Source: Actinomycetes bacterium
Lineage (GTDB): Bacteria; Actinomycetota; Acidimicrobiia; Acidimicrobiales; Palsa-688
Assembly: GCA_021847945.1 (NCBI GenBank)
Contig: JAJZNG010000042.1
Coordinates: forward strand, 7,709-71,708
DNA: 64,000 nt
Direction of reading: 5' to 3'
Made by a program: the position numbers and the translations under genes. The notes below the pieces were generated by a model. That model searched no databases. It was not told the DNA's origin and saw only the letters and a list, made by a program, of their open reading frames with translations. This document shows positions 46,815 to 56,090 of this stretch, piece after piece; position 1 is the first letter of the stretch, and the number at the start of each line of letters is the position of its first letter.

Positions 46815-48313
46815 GGACCGTTCTCGCCGGTATAGCCGGGCTGTCCCCGGAGGGTTTCACCCCTTCGGGGACAACGTCCGTAGAACGCCTAGGAGGGCCG
46901 CCTGAAGCTCGCGACGGTCCCGAGGGTGACGCCAGGAAGGTTGGTGAGACCGGTTCGGCTTCGCCGTGGTGGTGGCGTCGGGCCGTGACTCTCGTAGCCT
47001 GGCTGGCAGTTCTGGCGGTCGTCGGCGGCTCCTTAGCAACGGCCCTCTCCGCCGACGGGAGCGCCTCCAAGGTCGCCGCAGCGGCGTTCAATACCGTGGC
47101 AGCAGCCGCTCTCCTCGGTCGTTCCCGTTGGCCTAGAGGTGTTCTAGGCATAGTCGGCGCCCTTGCGGTGATGACGACTATCGCCACAGCCAGCTTCGCC
47201 CGGCATGGAGCCATTCTGCTCGTGGTACTGGCTGTCTACAACGCGGCGACGTTGGAAGTCCCTCGAAGTTCCATATTCTTGGCGGCGTCAGCGGAGATCG
47301 CGATCGGCCTGTCGGGATTTTCGAGCGACCGGGCCCTCCTGGCGGATCTGGGTAGCGTCGTCTCTGAGGTGGCGTTGATAAGTTGCTCGGTGGCGGTCGG
47401 CATCTCCGTTCGTTACCAGCGCTCCATGCTTCAGGCGCTCCGGGAACGGGCGGAGCAGGCCGAGCGTGAGCAGAGATGGGGAGCGGCGAGAGCCGTCGCA
47501 GCGGAGCGGGTCCGCATAGCACGGGAACTGCACGACGTCGTGGCCCACCACGTGAGCCTTCTTGTGGTCCAGGCTGGAGCAGTCAGGGAGACCCTGCCTT
47601 CCGATCACCCGACACGGCCGGTTCTCGACACGATGATCGCGGGTGGGCGTTCGGCGATGGCGGAGCTGCGCGACATGCTGGGCGCTCTCCGCCTCGACGA
47701 GCAGCCCGGAGCTATCCTCCCTCGGCAAACCGATACCCTCACGATGCGCGAAGCTGCCCGCCACGTCGCCTCCGACGAAGCCTCCGTTGGATCTCCCCGC
47801 TCACCTCAGCCTGCGTTGGGACAGCTGGCCACCCTCGTCGACGGAGCCAGGGCTGCCGGGCTGCCGGTCACCTTCTACCAGAACATCTGCGCAGCGGAGA
47901 TACCGCCCGTCGTTTCGCTCACCGCTTATAGGATCGTTCAGGAGGCCCTCACCAACGTGATCAAGCATGCGCCCGGTGCGTTCACGACGGTGACTGTTAA
48001 CTGCGAAGGCGGCTGGCTCGACCTTTCGGTGAGAAATGGCATGCCGCCTTCGGTGGGAGCTCCTGCGGGCAGAATTTCGGATCGCTCTCCCGTTGGCCAC
48101 GGCCTCGTGGGAATGGCTGAACGGGCGAACCTTGTTGCGGGGTCCTTCAGCGCAGGACCTCTAGGAGCCTCCCGGCGCTCCGAGGGTCGGGGATCTGAGA
48201 TCGGACGGTCCGACTCGGCCAAGATGCCCGGCGACGGTTGGGAGGTGTCGGCCCGCCTGCCGGTAGGCGACGCTCCCGACGTCCTTGGTGGGTCGGGGGA
48301 TGGCGATGAGTGA
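46811..48313 (+). CDS. Sensor histidine kinase (HisKA_3 / NarL-partner type)
   Basis: N-terminal TM segments, H-box 'ERVRIARELHDVVAHHVS', 'QEALTNVIKHA', 'GHGLVGMAERA'. GTG 46811 overlaps the permease stop (GTGA). Confidence 0.85.
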   Translation: MRTVLAGIAGLSPEGFTPSGTTSVERLGGPPEARDGPEGDARKVGETGSASPWWWRRAVTLVAWLAVLAVVGGSLATALSADGSASKVAAAAFNTVAAAALLGRSRWPRGVLGIVGALAVMTTIATASFARHGAILLVVLAVYNAATLEVPRSSIFLAASAEIAIGLSGFSSDRALLADLGSVVSEVALISCSVAVGISVRYQRSMLQALRERAEQAEREQRWGAARAVAAERVRIARELHDVVAHHVSLLVVQAGAVRETLPSDHPTRPVLDTMIAGGRSAMAELRDMLGALRLDEQPGAILPRQTDTLTMREAARHVASDEASVGSPRSPQPALGQLATLVDGARAAGLPVTFYQNICAAEIPPVVSLTAYRIVQEALTNVIKHAPGAFTTVTVNCEGGWLDLSVRNGMPPSVGAPAGRISDRSPVGHGLVGMAERANLVAGSFSAGPLGASRRSEGRGSEIGRSDSAKMPGDGWEVSARLPVGDAPDVLGGSGDGDE

Positions 48314-49034
48314 CGACGGCGGCGGACATAGCCAGGGGGGACGGATCCGCGTCGTTGTCGTGGACGACCAGCCGCTCATCCGGCAAGGCTTCTCGATGAT
48401 CCTCTCGGCGCACGGCGACGTCGATGTGGTCGGCGAGGCAGGCGACGGTGCGGCTGCCTTGGAAGTGGTAGCGGTCGCTAAGCCGGACGTGGTCCTGATG
48501 GACATACGAATGCCTGTGATGGACGGGATAGAAGCCACGCGCCTGGTTCGCCGCGACAGTCCCGACACCCGGGTCCTTATCCTCACCACTTTCGCTCACG
48601 ACGACTACGTGACGGATGCTCTGGGAGCTGGAGCCTCGGGGTTCGTCTTAAAAGACGCCACACCAGAGGAGCTTCTGCACGCGGTTCGCGTCGTCGCCGG
48701 AGGGGACGCCCTGCTCTCACCGGCCGTAACCACGCGGCTGATCGAACGTCTCTTGCCGGCGCTAACCTCGACGCCGGGTCGAGCGGCACAGCGCGGCCTG
48801 GAGGGGTTGACAGATCGGGAGGTAGAAGTGCTCCGGTTGGTCGCAACGGGGCGTTCCAACCTCGAGATAGCTGCGGATCTCTACATTTCGGAGGCCACCG
48901 TGAAAACCCACGTGTCGCACGTTCTGGCGAAGCTAGAGCTTCGGGATCGTGTCCAGGCGGTGATCGCAGCTTACGAGTTGGGGTTACTACAGCCCGGTCG
49001 ACCTGTCGAACCTGTCAGGTCCCAGAGTGACTGA
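48300..49034 (+). CDS. NarL/LuxR-family response regulator
   Basis: 'IRVVVVDDQPLIRQG..VVLMDIRMPVMDG' plus HTH 'LTDREVEVLRLVATGRSNLEIAADLYISEATVKTHVSHVL'. The start overlaps the kinase stop. Confidence 0.95.
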   Translation: MAMSDDGGGHSQGGRIRVVVVDDQPLIRQGFSMILSAHGDVDVVGEAGDGAAALEVVAVAKPDVVLMDIRMPVMDGIEATRLVRRDSPDTRVLILTTFAHDDYVTDALGAGASGFVLKDATPEELLHAVRVVAGGDALLSPAVTTRLIERLLPALTSTPGRAAQRGLEGLTDREVEVLRLVATGRSNLEIAADLYISEATVKTHVSHVLAKLELRDRVQAVIAAYELGLLQPGRPVEPVRSQSD

Positions 49035-49708
49035 AGCACGGCAGGCGGTACCTCGGGGCCGCTGTAGTTCGAGCGCCGACGGCGTAACCACAGAAACAAG
49101 GACGTCAAGCCCAACCACGCCGTGATACCCCCCGACACCGCCGCCGGCAACCAGTCGAAGCTGCTTCTGGGGATGCTGCCCGGCAAGGCAAGAAGCGGTG
49201 CCGGGCCCGACGTCCCGACTGCCTGGAGGGTGTCTCCTGGGCTGAGCTGGGTTCGTTCGCCTCCGATCAGTGCTTCGTAGGTTCGCCCGGCGACACTGTA
49301 GGAGCCGTAGCAGTCGTAGAACTGCACGAGCTGACCTATGCCCGAACTGACAGCTTCGCAGCGAGTTACCACCGCTTCCACGGGTTTCCCCTGACTTGCT
49401 AGGCGGGCACCGACCGATCCTGAGCGCAGCGCTGACGTGGCAAAGTAGACCGTCAGGATCCCGCTGGCGAGCGCCGCGACTGCGACCGCAATAACGGCCA
49501 CTAGTCTCCCGTCTGCAGCCCGGCCGGTCGTGCCTCTAATGAACTGGTCGGCGGTCGTGGTGGCGGGGTTCGTGGTGCCGATAGCTGCGGCGGTGGGGGC
49601 TGACGTCCTTGCTTTTGACACCACGGAATCTGAACATAGCCGGCGTTCCCTGTCCGGAGACCTCCCTCGCGAAGATCGTCTCCAAGTGTTAACAATGGGG
49701 GCGCCCAA
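48971..49708 (-). CDS. Membrane protein, DUF3592-like (TM - beta domain - TM)
   Basis: 'LVAVIAVAVAALASGILTVYF' TM, then a soluble segment 'GKPVEAVVTRCE..YSVAGRTYEALIGGE', then 'WLPAAVSGGITAWLGLTSLFLWL' TM. The 3' end overlaps the convergent regulator gene by about 64 nt. Confidence 0.5.
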   Translation of the reverse strand: MGAPIVNTWRRSSRGRSPDRERRLCSDSVVSKARTSAPTAAAIGTTNPATTTADQFIRGTTGRAADGRLVAVIAVAVAALASGILTVYFATSALRSGSVGARLASQGKPVEAVVTRCEAVSSGIGQLVQFYDCYGSYSVAGRTYEALIGGERTQLSPGDTLQAVGTSGPAPLLALPGSIPRSSFDWLPAAVSGGITAWLGLTSLFLWLRRRRSNYSGPEVPPAVLQSLWDLTGSTGRPGCSNPNS

Positions 49709-49856
49709 GGCCGGCGTGTCTTCGCGGAAGGCGAAGGTCGTAAGGGGAGGTTAGAGGGCTCCCAGCAAAGGTCTTCGGCGGTTAGACGACGAAGCGCTCT
49801 TCGGGCATGATTTAAGAGCAAAGCAAAAAGCAGGCGAACCGAAATGGGGGATTGCC

Positions 49857-52445
49857 GTGACCGACAACGCTGGGTCGACTAGTGACGTGGTAGTGGTAGG
49901 CGCCGGTTTTTCCGGCTTGTACCTCATCCACCGTCTTCGAAATGCAGGGTTGACCGTGAGAGTGTTCGATGCCGCCGACGACGTCGGGGGCACTTGGTAT
50001 TGGAACCGCTACCCAGGGGCCCGTTGCGACATCCCCACGACCGACTATTCGTACAGCTTCGACCCGTCCCTCGACTCGGGATGGTCCTGGTCGGAGAAGT
50101 ACGCGACCCAACCGGAGATCCTTGCCTACCTGGGTTTCGTCGCAGACCGCTACGACCTGCGACGCGACATCACCTTCTCGACCCGTGTCAGTTCTGCGGT
50201 GTGGGACGGGGCGGAGAGCCGTTGGTTGGTGACCACAGATCACGGCGAGCAGGTCAGCTGCCGGTTCTTCGTGATGGCGAGCGGCTGCCTGTCCGTCCCG
50301 AAGATCCCCGACATCCCCGGAGCGCAGAGCTTCGACGGCGAGGTGTACTACACGAACCGGTGGCCTCACGCCGGGGTCGACTTTACGGGCAAGAAGGTGG
50401 CCGTCATCGGTACCGGCTCCTCGGGCATCCAGTCGATTCCTCTGATTGCCGCCCAGGCCGACCAACTCACGGTATTCCAGCGCACCGCCAACTTCGCTGT
50501 ACCCGCCCACAACGGCCCGGTACGCCCGGAACGTCTCGAAGCGTTGCTCGCCGATCGGGACGGCTACCGTGAAGCGGCCCGTCACTCGCGCGGTGGCGTG
50601 CCGATCCCTCCCACCGAGGACATGGCTCTCTCGCTGAGCGAGGAGGAGCGCAGGGAGCGTTTCGAGGAGGCTTGGGAAGCCGGCGAGCTCTTCTCGATCC
50701 TGAACGTCTTCGCCGATCAGCTGGTCAATCCGGTCGCCAACGAGATCCTCTCCGAAATGGTCCGCGAGAAGATCCGGTCCCTGGTCGAAGACCCCCAGAC
50801 CGCCGAGGACCTGTGCCCGAACGACCATCCGATCGGCTCGAAGCGGACCTGCCTCGAAACCGACTACTACACCACCTTCAACCGACCGAACGTAAGGCTC
50901 GTCAACCTTCGACGCCAGCCGATCCGGTCGATAACTCCCACCGGCATCGATTATGACGGGGAAAGCCTCGACTTCGACGCGATAGTGTTCGCCACTGGCT
51001 TCGACGCCATGACAGGGGCTCTGGTCTCCGTGGACATGTCGGGGCGCGACGGGATTACTTTGCGTGAGAAGTGGGCTGACGGACCGTCCACTTACCTCGG
51101 CTTGCTGACCCGGGGCTTCCCGAACTTCTTCGCTATCACCGGGCCGGGAAGCCCGTCCGTCCTGTCCAACATGGTCGTCTCGATCGAACAGCACGTCGAC
51201 TGGACCGTCGACTGCATCAGATGGATGCTCGAAGCCGGCTTCGACACTGTCGAGCCGACGGCGACCGCTGAGGCGGGCTGGGATCGCCACGTCGCCGACT
51301 GCGCCGAGATCACCCTGATGCCCCAGGCCAACAGTTGGTATATGGGGGCTAACGTTCCTGGCAAGCCGAGGGTCTTCTACCCTTATATAGGAGGGGTAGA
51401 CGCCTACAGGGACGCTTGTGACGAGGTGGCGGCCAGGGGATATCTCGGTTTGGAATTCCACGGCCCCGGCGGAACCCAATGTAACGACGGGGTGATCCGC
51501 GAGATGCAACCCGACGTGGCGATGGTTCTCACGATGATGGCGGCCATGGAATTGCCGCCCATAGAGACGCTCGGAGCGACCGGCGCAAGAGAGTTCCTAA
51601 GAGCCAGCTCACAGGGCCGTCCACCCGGACCGGAGTGCGGCTCGGTCGACGATTCGGTGATGCCGGGGCCAGGCGGAGACTTGCCTTACAGGGTCTACAA
51701 GCCTTCCGGGCCGGGACCGTACCCGGCGGTAGTTTACTTTCACGGCGGGGGATGGGTTATAGGCGATCTCGACTCCGACGATCCGCTGTGCCGAGACCTG
51801 TGTGTGCGTTCGGGTGCGATGATCGTATCGGTCAACTACCGCCACGCCCCAGAGGCGCCGTTTCCGGCTCCGGTCGAGGACGCACTGGCCGCGCTGCGCT
51901 GGGTGTCGGACAACGCCGAGAGCCTCGGTGCGCTGCCCGGCCAGATCGCCGTCGCCGGCTGGAGCGCCGGCGGGAACCTCGCGGCCGTCGTCTGCCAGCT
52001 CGCACGGGATGCCGGAGGGCCGGCCGTCGCAGGACAGTTGCTCTTGTGTCCTGCCACAGACGTCGACATGTCGAGAAAGTCCTATACGGACAACGGTGAC
52101 GGCTACGTGCTCACGGCGTCACTCATGAGATGGTTCTTCGAGCAGTACCTGCCCGACGGAGTTCCCGCGGCAGACCCTCGGCTCGCCCCGCTGCGGGGAA
52201 ATCTGTCGGATCTCCCCCCGGCTGCCATCGTCACCGCTGACTTCGACCCGCTACGAGACGAGGGCGACGCTTACGCAGAAGCGCTTGCCGCTGCCGGAGT
52301 GCCCGTGACGAAGATCCGAGCTCGGGGTCACACCCACACTTCTGTGGGAATGGTCGACATGGTCATCTCAGCTGTGCCGGTCCGGGAGGAGATGGCGGTA
52401 GCTCTTCGCAGCTTTTTCCCTTCCCTCGTCGGCTCGCAAACCTAA
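49857..52445 (+). CDS. Fusion protein: type I Baeyer-Villiger (flavin) monooxygenase + C-terminal alpha/beta-hydrolase (HSL-family esterase)
   Basis: N-terminal half: 'VVVVGAGFSGL', 'VGGTWYWNRYPGARCD', fingerprint 'FDGEVYYTNRWP', 'VAVIGTGSSG'. C-terminal half: oxyanion 'VVYFHGGGW', nucleophile 'GWSAGG', 'DPLRDEG' and 'GHTH'. It is one uninterrupted 862-aa ORF. Confidence 0.9.
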   Translation: MTDNAGSTSDVVVVGAGFSGLYLIHRLRNAGLTVRVFDAADDVGGTWYWNRYPGARCDIPTTDYSYSFDPSLDSGWSWSEKYATQPEILAYLGFVADRYDLRRDITFSTRVSSAVWDGAESRWLVTTDHGEQVSCRFFVMASGCLSVPKIPDIPGAQSFDGEVYYTNRWPHAGVDFTGKKVAVIGTGSSGIQSIPLIAAQADQLTVFQRTANFAVPAHNGPVRPERLEALLADRDGYREAARHSRGGVPIPPTEDMALSLSEEERRERFEEAWEAGELFSILNVFADQLVNPVANEILSEMVREKIRSLVEDPQTAEDLCPNDHPIGSKRTCLETDYYTTFNRPNVRLVNLRRQPIRSITPTGIDYDGESLDFDAIVFATGFDAMTGALVSVDMSGRDGITLREKWADGPSTYLGLLTRGFPNFFAITGPGSPSVLSNMVVSIEQHVDWTVDCIRWMLEAGFDTVEPTATAEAGWDRHVADCAEITLMPQANSWYMGANVPGKPRVFYPYIGGVDAYRDACDEVAARGYLGLEFHGPGGTQCNDGVIREMQPDVAMVLTMMAAMELPPIETLGATGAREFLRASSQGRPPGPECGSVDDSVMPGPGGDLPYRVYKPSGPGPYPAVVYFHGGGWVIGDLDSDDPLCRDLCVRSGAMIVSVNYRHAPEAPFPAPVEDALAALRWVSDNAESLGALPGQIAVAGWSAGGNLAAVVCQLARDAGGPAVAGQLLLCPATDVDMSRKSYTDNGDGYVLTASLMRWFFEQYLPDGVPAADPRLAPLRGNLSDLPPAAIVTADFDPLRDEGDAYAEALAAAGVPVTKIRARGHTHTSVGMVDMVISAVPVREEMAVALRSFFPSLVGSQT

Positions 52446-52464
52446 GAGCGTCGGGCGTAGCCGC

Positions 52465-53178
52465 TCAGGCGGGAACTTCGCAGGCGTCGCCGTCGCACAC
52501 CGCTGCGGCTGGGCCGGTTATCACCTCAAGGTTAGGGTGGCTTCGCTGCCACGCACGGCGAAGGATCGCCAAGAGGGTATCGGGATCCTGCGCGCCGGGA
52601 ACGGCGAACGAACGGTCGAAGACGAAGAATGGCACTCCGGTAGCGCCCAGTTCGGCCGCTTCGCGCTCGTCGGAACGAACCTGGTCGGCGAATCGGTCAC
52701 TCGCAAGAAGCTCGGCCACTTCCGCCCCGTCAAGCCCCACCGACGCGGCGACCCTGGCGAGCTCGTCCGGCTCGCTGATAGCCACCCTATCCACGAAGTA
52801 TGCGTGCAGGAGAGCCTCCTTGGTGGCCGCTCCTGTCCCAGGGTCTATCGAGTAGCCGAAGTGGATGAGCCGGTGGGCGGCGAAAGTGTTACCGGGCTTC
52901 GTGTCCGCCAGGGCCATGTCGAGGCCTTCCCCGGCAGCCATGGCGTCCATGTGCTCGAGTTGCCTCTGAGCCTGCCCCAAGCTGAGGCCGTACTTGGCGG
53001 CCAGGTGACCTGCCATGTCACCGCTGCGGCGGAAGGGCGCTCTTGGGTCGAGCTCGAAGCTGCGCCAGCGCACCTGGACTTGGTCTGCGTGCTCGAAGCG
53101 CTCAAGCGCCTTCTCGAAGCGCCGCTTGCCGATATAGCACCAGGGACACACGACGTCAGACCAAATTTCGACGAGCAT
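52465..53178 (-). CDS. DsbA-family (FrnE-like) thiol oxidoreductase
   Basis: 'MLVEIWSDVVCPWCYIGKRRFEKAL' with the CPWC active site. 237 aa. Confidence 0.9.
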   Translation of the reverse strand: MLVEIWSDVVCPWCYIGKRRFEKALERFEHADQVQVRWRSFELDPRAPFRRSGDMAGHLAAKYGLSLGQAQRQLEHMDAMAAGEGLDMALADTKPGNTFAAHRLIHFGYSIDPGTGAATKEALLHAYFVDRVAISEPDELARVAASVGLDGAEVAELLASDRFADQVRSDEREAAELGATGVPFFVFDRSFAVPGAQDPDTLLAILRRAWQRSHPNLEVITGPAAAVCDGDACEVPA

Positions 53179-53218
53179 GTCGAGCTAAACAACGTCCGCA
53201 GCAGATCTGTTCCGACGC

Positions 53219-54139
53219 TCACCAACCGTGGCGGTGCTCGGGACGTGACATCCTCGGCCCTCGGCGGGGAGGCCACGCCGAAGGCGTCAGCTCCAACAGC
53301 CGGGTCACCCTGTAGCGGTGCGGTCGCCACTGCTCATAGAAACTTTCCACTTCGGCGTCGCAGAGCTGCCTGCCTGCGAGAGCGAAACTTGTGAGAGCAG
53401 GCAGGTTGTAGTCGCCGACGGACAATGCGTCGGCGTCGCCCAGCGCCCGGTGCCCTACCTCGGCGCAAGTCCACGGCCCGATGCCCGCGAGGGACGTCAG
53501 CGCCCGGTAGGTAGCAGAGTGGTCTGCCCCTGACGTAGCGGCAATGCGTTCCAGAGAGCCCGCGCGCGACGCTGCTAGACGAATGGTCGCCACGGCCGAC
53601 GGCTCCACTCCCGCCCTGCGCCAATCCCATTGCGGGACCGCCAGCCAAGCCTTGGGCGACGGCGGTAGCCACATGGGGAAAGGTAACGGCCCCGGTGCCG
53701 GCTCGCCGTGGCGGCGGACGAGCCAGGACCAAGAATCTGAAGCGTCGCGCCCGGATATCTTCTGGTGCAATACGGCCGGGATGAGGGCCTCTAACAGCCG
53801 CCCTGAGCAAGGTATGCGAAGTCCCCGAAGACGCCGCGCCGCTTCGCGTAACAGAGGAACGTCCGGCCTGAAAGACTGGGGATCGTCGTTGGCTCCTAGG
53901 AGTTCGGGGAGTCTCCCGATCGCCTCGTCCGCGCCGGGACCCCATGCCAATACCCGCACGCGGTTCTCGCCGACGCTTCGCACCCGCAGAGTCGCTGCGC
54001 CGGTATCCATAAGGCTGGCTCTCCAAACCGAACCGTCTGGGGTGATCCGCTGGCAGGGGTCCCCGGCGCCGACGGACAGCACGCTCAGGGTGAGTCGGAC
54101 GTCGACCTCGAAGTCGGGCTGCCAGTCGAGCTCGGGCAC
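53219..54139 (-). CDS. DNA-3-methyladenine glycosylase II-like (HhH-GPD, AlkA family)
   Basis: HhH-GPD region 'LTSLAGIGPWTCAEVGHRALGDADALSVGDYNL'. Start set at GTG 54139 to avoid the 160-nt overlap with the upstream lysR-type gene. The longest ORF reaches 54313. Confidence 0.75.
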   Translation of the reverse strand: MPELDWQPDFEVDVRLTLSVLSVGAGDPCQRITPDGSVWRASLMDTGAATLRVRSVGENRVRVLAWGPGADEAIGRLPELLGANDDPQSFRPDVPLLREAARRLRGLRIPCSGRLLEALIPAVLHQKISGRDASDSWSWLVRRHGEPAPGPLPFPMWLPPSPKAWLAVPQWDWRRAGVEPSAVATIRLAASRAGSLERIAATSGADHSATYRALTSLAGIGPWTCAEVGHRALGDADALSVGDYNLPALTSFALAGRQLCDAEVESFYEQWRPHRYRVTRLLELTPSAWPPRRGPRMSRPEHRHGW

Positions 54140-54149
54140 TTCGGAGAAG

Positions 54150-55085
54150 TTAGCCGGAACGTGTGACGGCCGAGGCAGGTCCGCCAAGGTTGCTTTCGGG
54201 TTCGGATCGGCCGATGTGGGCGCGTAGCGCCTCGACGAAAGCCCGGGCGGCGGGCGAGAAGGGCCGGTCGCTGCGCGATGCCAAGCCAACTGTCCGGGCA
54301 AGCGACGCGTCATCGAAGCGGACGGAGCGAAGCGAGCCGCCCGATGTAGGGATCACCGATTCCGGTACGACGGCTGCGGCGACTCCCGCTCCTACCAGAG
54401 CTAGCGCCCCGTCCATTTCCATCCCGCTGATAGCGACCAGAGGACTGAAGCCGGCCTGGTTGCACGCCGCCAACGTCGCTTCTCGTAGGTCGTAGCCGTC
54501 CTTGAACATCACGAGCGGGACCCGTTCGAGATCGCCGATCGGGATGGATCCCCTGTCGGCGAGAGGGTGCCTGGGGTCCACGGCGAGTACAAGTCTTTCC
54601 CGGGTCAGAGCAGAGCATGTGACCCAGGGGCGGTCGACGGGCAGGATCACCACTGCGACGTCGAGCTCGCCCGAGCCGAGCCGCTCCACCAAGTCACCCG
54701 AGCCGGCTTCGCGCATGAGCAGTTCGACGCCGGGATGGCTCCGGTGGAAAGCCGCAATGACTGGAGGTAGAACGTTCGTCGTGAGGCTTGGCGTGGCCCC
54801 GATGACCAGCCTGCCGCGTCGCATCCCGAGCAGGTCCCGCACTGCGGCCGCCCCGGCCTCGCAATCGGCGAGGATCTGGCGGGCCCACGGGAGGAACACC
54901 TCACCCGCCCCTGTCAGGGAGACCTCAGCCTTGTCCCGGTAGAACAGGGTGGCTCCGAGCTCCCGTTCCAATCCGGCTACCGCGGCCGAGATAGACGGCT
55001 GCGCGACGTGAAGGCGGTCGGCAGCTCGGGTGAAACGCCTTTCCTCCGCTACTGCCACCATGTAACGGAGCTGGTTGAGCTGCAT
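54150..55085 (-). CDS. LysR-family transcriptional regulator
   Basis: 'MQLNQLRYMVAVAEERRFTRAADRLHVAQPSISAAVAGLEREL' HTH plus a substrate-binding domain. Start set at ATG 55085. The track ORF begins 41 codons earlier at a TTG. Confidence 0.9.
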   Translation of the reverse strand: MQLNQLRYMVAVAEERRFTRAADRLHVAQPSISAAVAGLERELGATLFYRDKAEVSLTGAGEVFLPWARQILADCEAGAAAVRDLLGMRRGRLVIGATPSLTTNVLPPVIAAFHRSHPGVELLMREAGSGDLVERLGSGELDVAVVILPVDRPWVTCSALTRERLVLAVDPRHPLADRGSIPIGDLERVPLVMFKDGYDLREATLAACNQAGFSPLVAISGMEMDGALALVGAGVAAAVVPESVIPTSGGSLRSVRFDDASLARTVGLASRSDRPFSPAARAFVEALRAHIGRSEPESNLGGPASAVTRSG

Positions 55086-55161
55086 GCCATAGGCTAGCTC
55101 TATAGTTACGAAAGGAACTACGTCCTTTACCTTTCGATCAGCAAGGCTTATATTTCCGTGA

Positions 55162-55195
55162 TAGCAGATCGCGGCGTAGCCTGCGCTGTCTGCTA
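55162..55195. promoter_or_regulatory. Inverted repeat TAGCAGA-N20-TCTGCTA in the lysR/sdh divergent intergenic region (candidate regulator site)
   Basis: The 7-bp perfect inverted repeat was read from the sequence between the LysR start (55085) and the sdh membrane-subunit start (55236). Confidence 0.3.
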
Positions 55196-55235
55196 ACACG
55201 ACGTCCAAAGATCGGCGAAGGAAAGCGAGACCCAG

Positions 55236-56090
55236 TTGGTCGCACCAGTAGTCCCCACTCCGGCACCAGCGCCGAAGCCTGAGATCAAGGCCAACCCGCG
55301 CGCCGCGATAGCAGCCAAGACCCTGAGGAACGACCGGTGGTGGGTTTCCCCCGCCATCTCGTTCGCAGTCCTGTCAGCATTCGTCATCTACGCGACATGG
55401 GCGGCCTTCGACAATGGCAACTACTACGTAAAGCCATACATATCACCTTTTTATTCCCCGTGCCTGGCTCATATTTGCGGTGCTGCGCACCACGGGAACA
55501 CGGGTGTCCCGCCCCACCTGAGCATCTTCGGAGCGTGGTGGGCGATCTCCCCGGCGATCATCATCTTGATCTTCCCTCTCGGCTTCAGGATGACCTGCTA
55601 CTACTACCGGAGGGCCTACTACCGGGCTTTTTGGATGTCACCGCCGGCGTGTGCGGTCGCGGAGCCGCACAAGTCTTATTCGGGTGAAACCCGCTTCCCG
55701 TTGATAATGCAGAACATACACCGCTACTTCTTTTTCGCGGGCCTCGTGTTCAACGTGCTTCTCACCTACGACGCCGTAGTCGCGTTCGTGGAGCCTCGGG
55801 CTGCGTCGTATGGAGGTGGCTACGTGGGTCTGGGTAGCTTCGTGTTGCTGATCAACGCAGTTCTGCTGTGGATGTACTCGGCCTCCTGCCATTCCTGCCG
55901 TCACATCGTCGGTGGCCGGCTCAAACACTTCTCCAAGCACCCGATCCGATTCAAGATGTGGGGGGTCGTCTCCAAGCTCAATACCCGCCACATGCAGCTC
56001 GCATGGACGAGCCTGATATTCGTAGCTCTAACTGACGTGTACGTCCGTCTGGCTGCGAGCGGCGCTCTAGGACACGGAAGGTGGATCTGA
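55236..56090 (+). CDS. Succinate dehydrogenase/fumarate reductase membrane anchor subunit (Sdh1-type)
   Basis: 284-aa multi-TM protein immediately upstream of, and overlapping, the flavoprotein gene. The anchor-flavoprotein-FeS gene order matches mycobacterial Sdh1. TTG start, so the N-terminus is uncertain. Confidence 0.7.
   Translation: MVAPVVPTPAPAPKPEIKANPRAAIAAKTLRNDRWWVSPAISFAVLSAFVIYATWAAFDNGNYYVKPYISPFYSPCLAHICGAAHHGNTGVPPHLSIFGAWWAISPAIIILIFPLGFRMTCYYYRRAYYRAFWMSPPACAVAEPHKSYSGETRFPLIMQNIHRYFFFAGLVFNVLLTYDAVVAFVEPRAASYGGGYVGLGSFVLLINAVLLWMYSASCHSCRHIVGGRLKHFSKHPIRFKMWGVVSKLNTRHMQLAWTSLIFVALTDVYVRLAASGALGHGRWI

Noticed and set aside
49812-51509. 565-aa minus-strand ORF covering the first two thirds of the BVMO fusion gene
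   Set aside because: It is an antisense shadow ORF. The product is Arg/Gly/Val/Asp-rich with no motifs, while the plus-strand frame has clear BVMO signatures. Long stop-free antisense frames are expected in high-GC DNA.
52537-53394. 285-aa plus-strand ORF across the DsbA-like and AlkA-like genes
   Set aside because: It lies antisense to two well-supported genes and has no motifs.
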